Shown here: in pieces, positions 16,512-27,146 of the stretch
Layout: each line of letters begins with the position of its first letter
Numbering within the stretch: position 1 is the stretch's first letter
Assembly (NCBI GenBank): GCA_050261575.1
Contig: JBLNDL010000075.1
Span: 1 to 41,537 of the forward strand
From: Sphingomonadaceae bacterium
GTDB taxonomy: Bacteria; Chloroflexota; UBA6077
Length of the DNA stretch: 41,537 nucleotides
Direction: 5' to 3'
Notes under the pieces: generated by a model
Database searches by the model: none
What the model was told of the DNA's origin: nothing
What the model saw: the letters and a program-made list of their open reading frames with translations, nothing else
Program-made: the position numbers and the translations under genes

Positions 16512-18758
16512 ATGTCGGAGATCTTTGAGACCGTCCTTGGCGGAAGGCGGTTGTGCATCGAGGTCGGCAAGGTGGCGCAGCTTGCCGACGGTGCGGCCAT
16601 GGTGCGCTATGGCGACACCATCGTCCTGGCGACTGCCGTCAGTTCCGATCAACCCCGTGAGGGCGTGGACTTCTTCCCCCTCACGGTGGATTACGAAGAG
16701 AAGATGTACGCCGCCGGGAAGATCCCCGGCGGTTTCATCAAGAGGGAAAGCCGGCCGAGCGAGCAGGCGATCCTCGCGGCGAGGCTAACCGATCGCCCTA
16801 TTCGGCCGCTGTTCCCCAAGGCGTATCGCAACGACGTGCAGGTCATCCTCACCGTCCTGTCGGCGGACCAGGAGAACGACCCCGCCATCGTCGGGACCAT
16901 CGCTGCATCCAGTGCCCTGTCCATCTCGGACATCCCATTCTTCGGGCCAGTGGCAGCGGTCAAGGTGGGGTACATCAACGACGAATTCGTCCTCAACCCC
17001 ACCCTCCCACAGCTAGGGTACAGCCGCCTCGACCTGACGGTGGCCGGAACTGCGGATGCAGTCATGATGGTCGAGGCAGGTGCGCAGGAGCTCCCCGAAG
17101 ACGTGGTCCTCGAGGCGATCCAGTTCGCCCACCGAGAGATGCAGCCGATCATCGAGCTGCAGCAGCGGCTCGTCGAAGCCGTCGGCAAGCCGAAGAGGGC
17201 CTATTCCGAGGTGGAGATTCCCCAGGAGACCGCGGAGGCCGTGGAGGCGTTCGTCGAGGGCCGGCTATCGGCAGCCGTGAGCAGTCCAGACAAGGCCACA
17301 CGAGAGCAGGCCACCTCCGATCTCAAGCGCGAGACCATCGAGGCGCTGATGGATGACCACGATCCCATCTTGGTGGCCAAGGTCTTCGACGCACTGCACA
17401 AGGAGGAGGTTCGCACCGCCATTCTCGAGCGGGGCATCCGGCCGGATGGTCGCGGCACGACCGAGATCCGCCCCTTGAGCGCCGAGGTTGGCCTGCTGCC
17501 TCGAACCCACGGATCAGGTTTGTTCACCCGCGGTCAGACCCAGGTGCTCTCCGTGGCCACTCTCGGCTCTGTGTCCGAGGAGCAGATCATCGACGGCATC
17601 GGGATCGACGTCTCGAAGCGCTACATGCACCACTACAACTTCCCACCCTTCTCGACGGGCGAGGTTCGACCCCTGCGCGGCGCTTCCCGTCGCGACATCG
17701 GGCACGGGCATCTGGCCGAGAGGGCCCTGGCCGCGGTGGTTCCCGACGAGTCCGACTTCCCGTACACCATCAGGGTCGTGTCCGAGGTGCTCTCCTCCAA
17801 CGGTTCGACCTCGATGGCCAGCGTCTGCGGCAGCACTCTGGCCCTCATGGACGCCGGAGTGCCGATCAAGGCCCCGGTGGCGGGCATCGCCATGGGCCTG
17901 GTGATCGGTGAGGGGAAATACACCATCCTCACCGACATCCAAGGTATCGAGGATGCCCTGGGCGACATGGACTTCAAGGTCGCAGGCACCTCGAAAGGCA
18001 TCACCGCCCTGCAGATGGACATCAAGGTCAAGGGAATCACTCCCGAGATCATGGGAAAGGCGCTGGCCCAGGCTCACGAGGCCCGCGAGAAGGTGCTCGG
18101 CGTGATGCTGGAGACGATCTCACGGCATCGGCCTCAGCTCTCTCCCTATGCCCCTCGGATGATCAAGATCCAGATCAACCCAGATAAGATCCGAGAGGTC
18201 ATCGGCCCAGGCGGCAAGATGATCCGCAAGATCATCGAAGAGACCAAGTGCACCATCGACATCGAAGACGATGGCACCGTGATCATCGGCTCCACCAGCA
18301 AGGATAACGCCGATAAGGCCATCAAGATGATCGAGCGGCTGACCCGCGACGTGGAGGTGGGTCAGACGTACACGGGCACCGTGACCCGGATCCTGCCTTT
18401 TGGCGCCTTCGTCGAGGTGCTTCCAGGCAAGGAAGGGCTCATCCACATCTCGGAGCTGGCGGACCAGCGAGTGGCACGCGTCGAGGATGTGGTCAACGTG
18501 GGTGACCAGGTCACAGTGGTGGTGACTGAGATCGACCGCCAGGGACGAATCAACCTGTCGCGGCGGCAGGCCCTCCCCGGTGCCAAGCCCCGCCCCACAC
18601 CTTCGCCTGCTGCACCGAGAGGTGGCCCCGGCCCCTCCGGGCGTCCACGTGGCCACGAAGGTGAGGGTCGAGGGCCCGAGCGTCCACGCCGTCCCGAGCG
18701 GCGAGACTTCCACGAAGGGCCCGAAGGGCCATCGCGACATTCCGGCGATAAGCGCTAG
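16512..18758 (+). CDS. pnp: Polyribonucleotide nucleotidyltransferase (PNPase)
   Basis: [43 protein letters not shown] and S1 domains; follows rpsO. Confidence 0.99.
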   Translation: MSEIFETVLGGRRLCIEVGKVAQLADGAAMVRYGDTIVLATAVSSDQPREGVDFFPLTVDYEEKMYAAGKIPGGFIKRESRPSEQAILAARLTDRPIRPLFPKAYRNDVQVILTVLSADQENDPAIVGTIAASSALSISDIPFFGPVAAVKVGYINDEFVLNPTLPQLGYSRLDLTVAGTADAVMMVEAGAQELPEDVVLEAIQFAHREMQPIIELQQRLVEAVGKPKRAYSEVEIPQETAEAVEAFVEGRLSAAVSSPDKATREQATSDLKRETIEALMDDHDPILVAKVFDALHKEEVRTAILERGIRPDGRGTTEIRPLSAEVGLLPRTHGSGLFTRGQTQVLSVATLGSVSEEQIIDGIGIDVSKRYMHHYNFPPFSTGEVRPLRGASRRDIGHGHLAERALAAVVPDESDFPYTIRVVSEVLSSNGSTSMASVCGSTLALMDAGVPIKAPVAGIAMGLVIGEGKYTILTDIQGIEDALGDMDFKVAGTSKGITALQMDIKVKGITPEIMGKALAQAHEAREKVLGVMLETISRHRPQLSPYAPRMIKIQINPDKIREVIGPGGKMIRKIIEETKCTIDIEDDGTVIIGSTSKDNADKAIKMIERLTRDVEVGQTYTGTVTRILPFGAFVEVLPGKEGLIHISELADQRVARVEDVVNVGDQVTVVVTEIDRQGRINLSRRQALPGAKPRPTPSPAAPRGGPGPSGRPRGHEGEGRGPERPRRPERRDFHEGPEGPSRHSGDKR

Positions 18759-18765
18759 TTTTCTG

Positions 18766-18811
18766 ACGGGTGCGGATCAGGGCATGCATTCCTACTGATT
18801 CGCACCCGTTT
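18766..18811 (+). terminator. Stem-loop after pnp
   Basis: ACGGGTGCGGATCAG / CTGATTCGCACCCGT, 15-bp stem with one G-U and a short T run. Confidence 0.6.
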
Positions 18812-18944
18812 GCATAGGTTCAACCCCACTTCGTGTAAGCAGCAGTTGCGACGCAGCCGTGTGTGCCCCGCGGACGAAGACGACGGAAGCCGTCGCCATA
18901 CAGCATCAGGGCACCACTTCTGCATGCGGAGGGAGGCCAAAGGT

Positions 18945-19754
18945 ATGGCAGCGAACGCGCCCATCAAGGTGGTGGTTTCGGGTGCGATGGGCAGGATGGG
19001 CAAAGAGGTAGTGGCGGCCGTCTGCGCAGACCCACAACTGGACATGGCTGGCGCCGTCGACAAGAAGGCGGTGGAGGAATACCTCTCGCTGCCGGGCGGG
19101 CTGGGCCTGATCCCGATCAGCAAGGACGTCGAGCCGATGCTGCTGCGGGTGAAACCTCACGTCATGGTGGACTTCACCCACCCGGAGTCGGTTATGGACA
19201 ACGTCCGGTGCGCCATTCGCCACAGGGTGGTCCCTGTGGTGGGCACCACCGGGTTATCCCAGCAGAACCTGCAGGAGATCGATGCCCTCTGTCGCCAGCA
19301 CGACACCGGCGCCATCGTCGCCCCAAACTTCGCCGTCGGCGCGGTGCTGATGATCTACTTCGCGCGGATCGCCTCCAAGTACTTCCCGGCCGCGGAGATC
19401 ACCGAGCTTCACCACGATGCCAAGGCCGACGCCCCTTCCGGCACGGCCCTGCGCACGGCCGAGCAGATGATGGAGGCCCGGGGAGGGCGCTTCCAGGACG
19501 GGCAGACGACCAAGACGTTGCTCGAGGGCGCTCGCGGCGGCGAGATGGGAGGCATCCACATCCACAGCGTGAGGCTGCCAGGGCTGGTGGCACACCAGGA
19601 GGTGCTGTTCGGCGGCCAGGGCCAGACGCTGTCGATCCGGCACGACTCCATCAACCGCGAGTCCTTCATGCCGGGCGTGGTCATGGCAATCAAGCAGGCT
19701 CCCGCGACCAGAGGTTTGGTTTACGGCCTCGATCGACTGATGGGCCTCGAGTGA
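18945..19754 (+). CDS. dapB: 4-hydroxy-tetrahydrodipicolinate reductase
   Basis: GAMGRMG, DFT, GTTG, APNFAVG, ELHHDAKADAPSGTA, HSVRL. Start ATG 18945 after GGAGG. Confidence 0.98.
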   Translation: MAANAPIKVVVSGAMGRMGKEVVAAVCADPQLDMAGAVDKKAVEEYLSLPGGLGLIPISKDVEPMLLRVKPHVMVDFTHPESVMDNVRCAIRHRVVPVVGTTGLSQQNLQEIDALCRQHDTGAIVAPNFAVGAVLMIYFARIASKYFPAAEITELHHDAKADAPSGTALRTAEQMMEARGGRFQDGQTTKTLLEGARGGEMGGIHIHSVRLPGLVAHQEVLFGGQGQTLSIRHDSINRESFMPGVVMAIKQAPATRGLVYGLDRLMGLE

Positions 19755-19764
19755 GGTGAATGAG

Positions 19765-20778
19765 ATGGCTGGCTACCGCGTGGCTATCCTCGGCGCGACC
19801 GGCATGGTCGGCCGAGAGTTCGTGAAGATCCTGCAGCAACGTCAGTTCCCCGTGTCTGACCTGGTGCTGCTCGCCTCCGACCGATCGGCTGGCAAGACCG
19901 TGCCCTTCGGATCGAAGCAGATAGTAGTGCAGGAGACCACCCCCGAGTCCTTCAAGGGCGTCGACATCGTTCTGGCCTCGGCGGGTGCGGAGATCAGTCG
20001 GGAGTTCTCCCCAATTGCGGCGGCCTCCGGCGCCGTCGTCGTCGACAACAGCCGAGCCTTCCGCATGGAGCCGGACGTCCCCCTGGTCGTGCCAGAGGTG
20101 AACCTCGAGGACGCCAAGGAGCACCACGGCATCATCGCCAACCCCAACTGCTCGACCATCCAGATGGTGGTGGCGCTCAACCCGATCCACAAGGTGAATC
20201 CGATACGAAGGATCATAGTGGACACCTACCAGGCGGTCTCCGGCACTGGCACCCCGGCCGTGGACGAGCTGCTGACCCAGAGCCGCGTCGTCCTCGACGG
20301 CGGACAGGCGGAGCCGAAGGTGTACCCGCATCAGATCGCCTTCAACCTCCTCCCACACATCGAGCCGTTCCAGGAGAGCGGCTACAGCAGGGAAGAGGAG
20401 AAGATGCTGTACGAGACCCGAAAGATCATGCACGCCCCGGAGATCCTGGTTTCGGCCACCACCGTCCGGGTGCCTGTCCAGATCGGCCACGCCGAGGCGA
20501 TCCATATCGAGCTGGCCAATCCCATGACTCCCGCCGAAGCGCGGGAGATCCTATCCAAAGCCCCCGGCGTCGTGGTGATGGACGATCCATCCAACAACGT
20601 CTACCCAACCCCGTGGTACGCCGCAGGGAGGGACGAGACGTTCGTCGGCAGGATTCGGAAAGACCTCTCCCACCCGAACGGCCTCGCCATGTGGGTCGTC
20701 GCCGACAACATCCGAAAGGGCGCGGCGCTCAACGCCGTGCAGATCGCCGAGGCGCTGATCCAGCGCGGCTGGCTCTGA
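19765..20778 (+). CDS. asd: Aspartate-semialdehyde dehydrogenase
   Basis: GATGMVG, DNSRAFRM, ANPNCST, TYQAVSG, DNIRKGAALN. Confidence 0.98.
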   Translation: MAGYRVAILGATGMVGREFVKILQQRQFPVSDLVLLASDRSAGKTVPFGSKQIVVQETTPESFKGVDIVLASAGAEISREFSPIAAASGAVVVDNSRAFRMEPDVPLVVPEVNLEDAKEHHGIIANPNCSTIQMVVALNPIHKVNPIRRIIVDTYQAVSGTGTPAVDELLTQSRVVLDGGQAEPKVYPHQIAFNLLPHIEPFQESGYSREEEKMLYETRKIMHAPEILVSATTVRVPVQIGHAEAIHIELANPMTPAEAREILSKAPGVVVMDDPSNNVYPTPWYAAGRDETFVGRIRKDLSHPNGLAMWVVADNIRKGAALNAVQIAEALIQRGWL

Positions 20779-20805
20779 CGAGTGATGGGTCATGAGTAGT
20801 GGCAG

Positions 20806-20840
20806 CCGATGACTGAAAGCTGAAGGCTGACATCTGATAG
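20806..20840. repeat. Degenerate tandem heptamer repeat
   Basis: CCGATGA CTGAAAG CTGAAGG CTGACAT CTGATAG. Confidence 0.55.
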
Positions 20841-20861
20841 CTTCTTGGAAGGGGGGCAACG

Positions 20862-21758
20862 ATGGCGACATTTGGACGCGTCCTGACGGCTATGGCAACC
20901 CCTTTTGACGAGGCCGGCCAGGTGGACTACCAGCAGGCTCGACGGCTGGCCGTGGCCCTCGTCGAAAGCGGCTCCGATGGTCTGGTGGTCACTGGCACCA
21001 CGGGAGAGTCTCCAACCTTGAGCGCGGATGAGAAGCTTCGGCTGTACGCCGAGGTGAAGGCTGCCGTCGGTGATCGGGCGTCCGTCATCGCCGGCACCTG
21101 CAACTACAACACGGTGGAGAGCATCGAGCTCAGCCTGGAGGCACAGAAGAGAGGGGTCGACGGGATCCTCGGCACGGTGCCCTACTACAACAAGCCCCCT
21201 CAGGAGGGCCTCTACCAGCACTTCAGGGCCATCGCCGAGGCGGTGCCACTCCCGATGGTCCTGTACAACGTCCCCACCCGCACCGTCACCAACATGCTGC
21301 CCGACACCACCATCCGCCTAAGTGAGGTGGACAACATAGTCGGCATCAAGGAGGCGAGCGGCAACTTCGAGGGGATCGCCAAGATCATCCAGAACTCGCG
21401 ACCCGGCTTCCTCGTATGGAGTGGCGACGACAGCAGCACCCTGCCGATCCTTGCCATCGGGGGCTACGGCATCGTCAGCGTGGCAGCCCACCTGGTCGGC
21501 AAGCAGATTCAGCGCATGATCGGGAGCTTCCTGGCAGGAGACGTCGCCTCCGCTGCAGCCCTACATCGCCAGATGCTGCCCCTCGTCAACTCCCTCTTCG
21601 TCGTCACCAACCCAATCCCCCTGAAGTACGCACTCAACAAGGTCGGCTTTAGGGTGGGCAAGCCTCGCCTTCCGCTAGTGGAGATCGACGCGAAGTCTGC
21701 GGCGGTGGTGGATGCCGCCCTGGCATCGGCATCGATCGATCTCCCGATTCCGGCCTAG
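20862..21758 (+). CDS. dapA: 4-hydroxy-tetrahydrodipicolinate synthase
   Basis: GTTGES, PYYNKP, LYNVP, GIKEAS, NPIPLK. Confidence 0.98.
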   Translation: MATFGRVLTAMATPFDEAGQVDYQQARRLAVALVESGSDGLVVTGTTGESPTLSADEKLRLYAEVKAAVGDRASVIAGTCNYNTVESIELSLEAQKRGVDGILGTVPYYNKPPQEGLYQHFRAIAEAVPLPMVLYNVPTRTVTNMLPDTTIRLSEVDNIVGIKEASGNFEGIAKIIQNSRPGFLVWSGDDSSTLPILAIGGYGIVSVAAHLVGKQIQRMIGSFLAGDVASAAALHRQMLPLVNSLFVVTNPIPLKYALNKVGFRVGKPRLPLVEIDAKSAAVVDAALASASIDLPIPA

Positions 21759-21784
21759 CCGTCCTCCGGGCATTGTACTTCCTC

Positions 21785-21813
21785 CTAGGGGCGGGTCTTC
21801 GACTCGCCCCTAG
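21785..21813. repeat. REP-like palindrome between convergent genes
   Basis: CTAGGGGCGGGTC-TTC-GACTCGCCCCTAG; it supplies the stop codon of the deacetylase fragment. Confidence 0.7.
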
Positions 21814-22295
21814 AGCGTCTCATTGCCCTTCGCAGGGAAGAACTGCTCGATCTTCCAGGCGAAGGCCGCCGCCGTGTCGAAGCCGCTTGTCCTAACCCTG
21901 GGCAGCGCCATCGTCTTCCCAAGCTCGTGGAGGGCTCCCGGCCGTGTGGTGACCGCTACCGCGTAGCCCGCCTTCCGGGCTGCGGATATCGCTTCCTGGT
22001 TGTACGCGCCCCCTTGGTAGGATAGCGCCCTCACAGCAACCCCCAGGTTGCCCTCCAGTACCCGCTTCGGCTCCTCCAACTCCTTGGCCCTCGTCGCGGG
22101 TGACACCTGGGCCAGGTCGACGTGAGAGATGGTATGGGCACCCACCTCCATTCCCGAGTCCACTAGATCCCTCAGGTTCTGCCAGCTCATGTAGTCACCC
22201 TGGCCGGTGAACCACGTGGTAACGAAGAAGGTGCCCTTGCACCCGTACTGCTTCAGAAGGGGCAAGGCAAACTGGTGGTTGTCGGCGTGACCGCC
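21810..22295 (-). pseudogene. 5'-truncated polysaccharide deacetylase (NodB/CE4)
   Basis: GHADNHQFALPLLKQYGCKGTFFV...MSW...GAHTISH...LPRVR is retained. The catalytic TFDD motif and the N-terminal part are missing, and an in-frame TAG lies just upstream. Confidence 0.75.
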
Positions 22296-22433
22296 AGGGC
22301 ACGAAGAAACCTGTCGCTACGACGCGACGCAAGAGGGCGTTCTCCTGCTTACCGAATGATGTTGGGAAGAAAGTGGGGTGGTGTCCTCAGTGGAGGGCAA
22401 CGGCGGCAGTTGTACGAGATGCCCGGCCGCAGG

Positions 22434-24875
22434 TCAATGTGCGTCCCGAGGCCGACGGACAGCTCGCAGGAGCCCCGGCCACGCCGACGCCGCCAGAGCC
22501 GCGGGGAGTCCGACGGCCGACAGCATCAGCCCGAGCTTGAAAGAAAGGGGGTCGTAGACGAAGCGCACCTCGTGGTCGCCTGGCTCCAGGTGAACGGCGC
22601 GAAGGAGGTAGTTCGCGCGAAGCAGCCGATCTTCCCGGCCGTCCACGTACACCTTCCACCCGGGATAGTACGAGTCGCTCAGCACCAGGAAGCCGGGCTG
22701 CTCCAGGGATGCCTTCACCACAACCTCGTTGGTGCCGTCGCGTACCATGGACACCTCGTCCCTCCCAGTCCGAGGGGGATCCTCGTGTTCCACCTCCTGC
22801 TCCAGCACCACCGTCTCCCGCAGGTCTAGTCCCCGCAACGCATCCAACTGGCCCTCCTCGTCCGCGACGACCCTGTGCCGGTGGACCACGTAGGCTCGAG
22901 GGAGGGCAGCGGTGTTGCGCAGCACCCGAACGGACGACGATTCTGGGGTCTCGTCTACCCAACCCTGGTCGAACCCAGGGGTGTCGCGGTTCACCAGCAG
23001 GCGATCCACCCCAAGGTAGCCGAGTAGCCTGCTGTCTGGAACCATCCCGGCGGCCGCCCGCATTGTGAGATCCGGCTTGTACTCCTTCGCACCCAGCAGG
23101 AATTGCTTCAGCTTCGCATACCGTCGGGTTGGCAGCAGCCCTCCATCGTAGCCGTCCAGACTGCGAATCGAGAAGGCCATCGCGACGTTCGGCTCCAGCG
23201 CCTCCTTCAGCTTGGCGTAGTTCAGATAGTCCTCGACTCTACCCTTCTCCAGTGAAGAGGAAAGCGCACCCCGCAGCCTGCCCTCGTCCACCAGCGCGAT
23301 CTTCGTCGTAGCCAGGCTGAGCGCCCTGCCGGACCGATCGGGCAGGAGGCTCGAGTAGACCGGACGGGGATCGGTGTAGAGGGAGGCAACTGTTGGCCTG
23401 GCGTGCTCCAGGGGTTCCGCTGCCAGATACAGATCCACCATGAGCAGGGCCGCGAGGCAGCCGACGAGCAGCCTCGACCCACGTCTGGAGAAGGTGAGCA
23501 GCACCACGGCCGTCCCCGCCGAAGAGAAGAGCCACCAGTTCAGGACGATCCGGGGGTGCGGAAGATCCAGTTCCTGATCTAGGCCCCCCAGCCAGAACCT
23601 AAGTCCGACCAGTGCCGCCACCGCAACGGCCAGGCCGATAGCGTACCGACCCAGCCAGCGCCGTGGATCGACGGTCGCGGAATGCCCTCTCACAGCCTCC
23701 ACCGCGACACCCACCAGCACCGACATCGAGAAGCAGTACAGGAAGAGCCACCGGCCCGGCGCGCGGAAAAGATCGAAGCCCGGCACGACGCCGAAGAGCC
23801 AGCCATAAACTCGGCTGTCGTTGCCGACGCTGAGGAGCAAAGCCAGAAGCCCGAGCCCCAGGAAGAACCACTGGTGCGAGGTCTTGCATCTCGCGGCCAG
23901 CGCGGCAGGCCAGAGCACCAGAGAGATGACACCCGTGTATCCCGTGACCTCGACGTAGGGGGCATAGGCGTACAGCGGCACTAGTGCGCTCAACAGCTCC
24001 TTGAGCCGCACCGAGAAGGCCACCGCCTCCGCAAAGGGGATCCCACCCGACCGATAGGACTCCCTAGCCAGCTCCAGGCTGGGGAGCAGTTGCGCGCCCG
24101 CGATGGACAAACCCACCGCTAGCATCCCCAGCAGGGTCCAGAGGGGGCGCAGTCTCTCCCTGCCGCTGGATGCCCCGAAGACAGCCAGGTAGAGGGCATA
24201 CAGGCCGAGTGCCCACACGGAGTAGTACACCTCCTGGGTGTGGCCGGCCAGCACCTGCACCGCGAAGGCCACCGCCCCCAGAGCGGCAGCCCTGACGCTT
24301 CGCCTTTCGACAGACCACTCCAGGCACAGGAGAAGGAGGGGAAGCCAGACCGCTGCGTGAAGCTGGTTCGGGTGCCCCACCCGCGCCCCAACGAAGCCGC
24401 CGAAGGCGAACACGGCGCCGCCCAGCCAGGCGGAGACTGGCGACAGCCGCAGAGTGACCCGACCGAAGAGGTAGGTGAATGCACCCGCCAGGAAGACGTG
24501 CAGAAACGTGCTGTAGCGCAGCGCGTCGGTGGTGGGGAGAAGGTAGAACAGAAGGTCGGCAGGATAGAGCACCGCCGCCTGGATGTTGCCCAGGAGGGGT
24601 ACCCCCATGAAGATCATCGGGTTCCACAGGGGGAACTCTCCGCGGCGCACTACCTCCGCCAGGTATGCTTTGTATGGATAGAAGTAGGCGAACAGGTCGT
24701 ATCCGACCGGAACCAGTCCCAGCACCACGATCCGCCAGAAGAAGGCTGCCGTCGCGGCCGCGTAGGCGCACACTGCCACCATGTCGGGCCAATGGGCGGC
24801 GAGGACGCGGGCCGCACCCTCGCGGTAGGCAGCGCCGAGGAAGTGACGAGAGTCTCCCCTATCTGCTACATCCAA
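22434..24875 (-). CDS. YfhO-like multi-pass membrane protein (putative GT-C glycosyltransferase)
   Basis: PLWNPMIFMGVP, LAGHTQ, FRAPGRW, many TM segments, C-terminal LVLSDSYYPGWKVYVDG...RANY...GDHEVRF. Probable TTG start 24875 after AGGAG. Confidence 0.88.
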   Translation of the reverse strand: MDVADRGDSRHFLGAAYREGAARVLAAHWPDMVAVCAYAAATAAFFWRIVVLGLVPVGYDLFAYFYPYKAYLAEVVRRGEFPLWNPMIFMGVPLLGNIQAAVLYPADLLFYLLPTTDALRYSTFLHVFLAGAFTYLFGRVTLRLSPVSAWLGGAVFAFGGFVGARVGHPNQLHAAVWLPLLLLCLEWSVERRSVRAAALGAVAFAVQVLAGHTQEVYYSVWALGLYALYLAVFGASSGRERLRPLWTLLGMLAVGLSIAGAQLLPSLELARESYRSGGIPFAEAVAFSVRLKELLSALVPLYAYAPYVEVTGYTGVISLVLWPAALAARCKTSHQWFFLGLGLLALLLSVGNDSRVYGWLFGVVPGFDLFRAPGRWLFLYCFSMSVLVGVAVEAVRGHSATVDPRRWLGRYAIGLAVAVAALVGLRFWLGGLDQELDLPHPRIVLNWWLFSSAGTAVVLLTFSRRGSRLLVGCLAALLMVDLYLAAEPLEHARPTVASLYTDPRPVYSSLLPDRSGRALSLATTKIALVDEGRLRGALSSSLEKGRVEDYLNYAKLKEALEPNVAMAFSIRSLDGYDGGLLPTRRYAKLKQFLLGAKEYKPDLTMRAAAGMVPDSRLLGYLGVDRLLVNRDTPGFDQGWVDETPESSSVRVLRNTAALPRAYVVHRHRVVADEEGQLDALRGLDLRETVVLEQEVEHEDPPRTGRDEVSMVRDGTNEVVVKASLEQPGFLVLSDSYYPGWKVYVDGREDRLLRANYLLRAVHLEPGDHEVRFVYDPLSFKLGLMLSAVGLPAALAASAWPGLLRAVRRPRDAH

Positions 24876-24991
24876 CTTACGAGATCTCCTGTGAGCCCAG
24901 GTCTGTCGCCTGCGCGAGCCGGCGAGGGCGACGGCGCCGCATCCGGGGCAAGCCGGCCCAGTATAGCACGGGTGGCGGCGCAACCCGGCTT

Positions 24992-25020
24992 TTGATCGGC
25001 TAGCAGCGCCATGCTATGAT
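24992..25020 (+). promoter_or_regulatory. Promoter of the AOR gene; a divergent extended -10 for the YfhO gene lies at 24960-24968
   Basis: TTGATC-17nt-TATGAT with TGC extension. Minus-strand TGC-TATACT nearby. Confidence 0.7.
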
Positions 25021-25109
25021 AGTCGTCGCCTTACCTCTCGATGCCACCGTGATACCGACCTTCGGGTCGAGCAGGTGACCCGCAAAGTACTCTACTGGGG
25101 GTAGCAAAG

Positions 25110-26957
25110 ATGCCTGACGGCTACATGGGAAAGCTTCTTGAGGTCGACCTCACTTCCCGAACCCACCGCATCGTGCCCTTGGACCCGGCAGTAGCCAGGA
25201 AGTACGTCGGGGGCAGCGGCCTGGCAGCCCACATCATGTTGCAGGAGGCCTCCCCGAGCCTGGATCCCCTCGGGCCGGATAACACCCTCTTCCTGATGGC
25301 AGGCCCGATGACAGGCACCGTCATCCCAACCTCCAACCGCTTCGCCGCCGTCGCCAAGTCGCCCCTGACAGGAGCCTTCGGCGAATCGGACTGCGGAGGA
25401 AGCTGGGGCGCGGAGTTGAAGCGGGCCGGCTTCGACGGGATAGTGATCCGCGGCAGGGCCGACTCCCCGGTATACCTCTGGGTTCACGACGAGCAGGTCG
25501 AGATTCGGGATGCGGGACGCCTGTGGGGTCGGGATACCTGGGAAACCGATGCCCTGGTCAAGCAGGCGACCGACGAGAGGGCCAGCGTGGCCTGCATCGG
25601 TCCCGGCGGCGAGCAGTTGGTCCGTTTTGCGGCCATCATGAACGAGGGCAAGGATGGGCGTGCAGCCGGGCGCTCGGGCATGGGGGCCGTGATGGGCTCC
25701 AAGCGGCTGAAAGCCGTGGCCGTGCGCGGCTCCGCCAACGTTCCCGTGGCCGACGCGGCGGCGCTGAGGGCCGCGGTGAAGGAGTGGTCGCCCAAGTTGC
25801 GCCAGGGCGCGGAGGGAATGCACAAGTACGGCACCTCCGGTGGGACTCCGACCCACGACAAGATGGGGAACCTTCCGACGCAGAACTGGCAGATGGGATC
25901 CTGGCCCGAGGGCGCAGAGAAGATATCCGGCGTCACCCTGGCCAACCGCGGTATCCTGGTGGATACCTACGCCTGCCGCGGCTGCGTCATCGGCTGCGGC
26001 CGCGTGGTCCAGATCGCGGATGGCCCGTACGCAATGGAGAGGAGCGCGGGCCCCGAGTACGAGACCGTCGCGATGCTCGGGTCCAACTGCCTGGTGGACG
26101 ATCTGGAGGCCGTCTGCAAGGGCAACGAGCTGTGCAACCGCTACGGCATCGACACCATCTCCACCGGCGCCGTCATCGCCTTCGCCATGGAGGCGCGCGA
26201 CCGTGGGCTGCTCTCGGACGACCGGGTGGATGGCGTCGACCTGCGTTGGGGCAGCGGTGAGGCCCTCGTGGAGATGATCAAGCGGATCGGGGAGCGCAGG
26301 GGAATCGGCAGGCTTCTGGGCGAGGGGGTGCGCCGCGCGGCTGCGGAGCTGGGCCAGGGTGCCGAAGCCTTTGCCCTCCACGTAAAGGGGCAGGAACCAC
26401 CTGCGCACGATCCGAGGGCCTTCTTCGGCAACTCCATCGCCTTCGCCACCTCCGCCCGGGGCGCGTGCCACCTCTCCTCCTTCACCCACGGATTCGAGCG
26501 GGTCCTCGCCATGCCGGAGTTCGGCTACGATGCACCCGTCGATCGATTCGCCTCCGAGCCGAAGCCCCTGCTGGTGGCGAATGGACAGAATCTCATGGGC
26601 ATGTTCGACGCCCTGAAAGCCTGCAAGTTCCTCCTCTTCGGTGGAGCCAGAACCCCGCAGTTGGTGGAGTGGCTGAACTACGTCACCGGCTGGGGCATGG
26701 ACCAGGCGGAGTTCCTGACGACCGGGGAGAGGATCTTCAACGTCAAGAGGCTCTACAACCTCCGCTCTGGCCTGAGTGGCAAGGACGACACCCTGCCGAA
26801 CCGCTTCCGCAAGGAGCCGCGACCCGACGGTGGAGCCGCCGGCAAACTGCCGCCCTTCGAGCCCATGCTGGCGGAGTACTACAGGATCCGCGGTTGGGAC
26901 GCCGAGGGAGTGCCGCTCCCCCAGAAGCTGGCAGAGTTGGGACTGCCAGCCAGGTAG
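25110..26957 (+). CDS. Aldehyde:ferredoxin oxidoreductase family (tungstopterin, 4Fe-4S)
   Basis: GYMGKLLEVDL, KSPLTG, AAGRSGMGAVMGSKRLKA, CRGCVIGC, EYET, GIDTIS, GACH, YYRIRGWD. Confidence 0.95.
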   Translation: MPDGYMGKLLEVDLTSRTHRIVPLDPAVARKYVGGSGLAAHIMLQEASPSLDPLGPDNTLFLMAGPMTGTVIPTSNRFAAVAKSPLTGAFGESDCGGSWGAELKRAGFDGIVIRGRADSPVYLWVHDEQVEIRDAGRLWGRDTWETDALVKQATDERASVACIGPGGEQLVRFAAIMNEGKDGRAAGRSGMGAVMGSKRLKAVAVRGSANVPVADAAALRAAVKEWSPKLRQGAEGMHKYGTSGGTPTHDKMGNLPTQNWQMGSWPEGAEKISGVTLANRGILVDTYACRGCVIGCGRVVQIADGPYAMERSAGPEYETVAMLGSNCLVDDLEAVCKGNELCNRYGIDTISTGAVIAFAMEARDRGLLSDDRVDGVDLRWGSGEALVEMIKRIGERRGIGRLLGEGVRRAAAELGQGAEAFALHVKGQEPPAHDPRAFFGNSIAFATSARGACHLSSFTHGFERVLAMPEFGYDAPVDRFASEPKPLLVANGQNLMGMFDALKACKFLLFGGARTPQLVEWLNYVTGWGMDQAEFLTTGERIFNVKRLYNLRSGLSGKDDTLPNRFRKEPRPDGGAAGKLPPFEPMLAEYYRIRGWDAEGVPLPQKLAELGLPAR

Positions 26958-26963
26958 GTCGAA

Positions 26964-26990
26964 GTAGGGGCAGCGGACCGCTGCCCCTGC
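26964..26990. repeat. REP-like palindrome after the AOR gene
   Basis: GTAGGGGCAGCG-GAC-CGCTGCCCCTGC. Confidence 0.65.
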
Positions 26991-27014
26991 ACCGTCCCAT
27001 CAGCGAACCGTTTC

Positions 27015-27086
27015 TTGACCGAGTAACACCCCTTTGCTACCATGCGCCGGTGGACGGACGGGTCGAGCCGATCCGGTCCGTCCACC
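27015..27086 (+). promoter_or_regulatory. Promoter of the GT2 pair followed by a 5' hairpin
   Basis: TTGACC-17nt-TACCAT (TGC extension), then GGTGGACGGAC...GTCCGTCCACC (27049-27086). Confidence 0.65.
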
Positions 27087-27146
27087 CCAACGATGTACCC
27101 CACGGACCATCCGCTATGCAACTGCTGCGGTCGGAGGAGATCATCA

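Noticed and set aside
25021..25109. Moco/Wco riboswitch upstream of AOR
   Set aside because: Only a single cUUCGg hairpin; too short and lacking the motif's conserved blocks.
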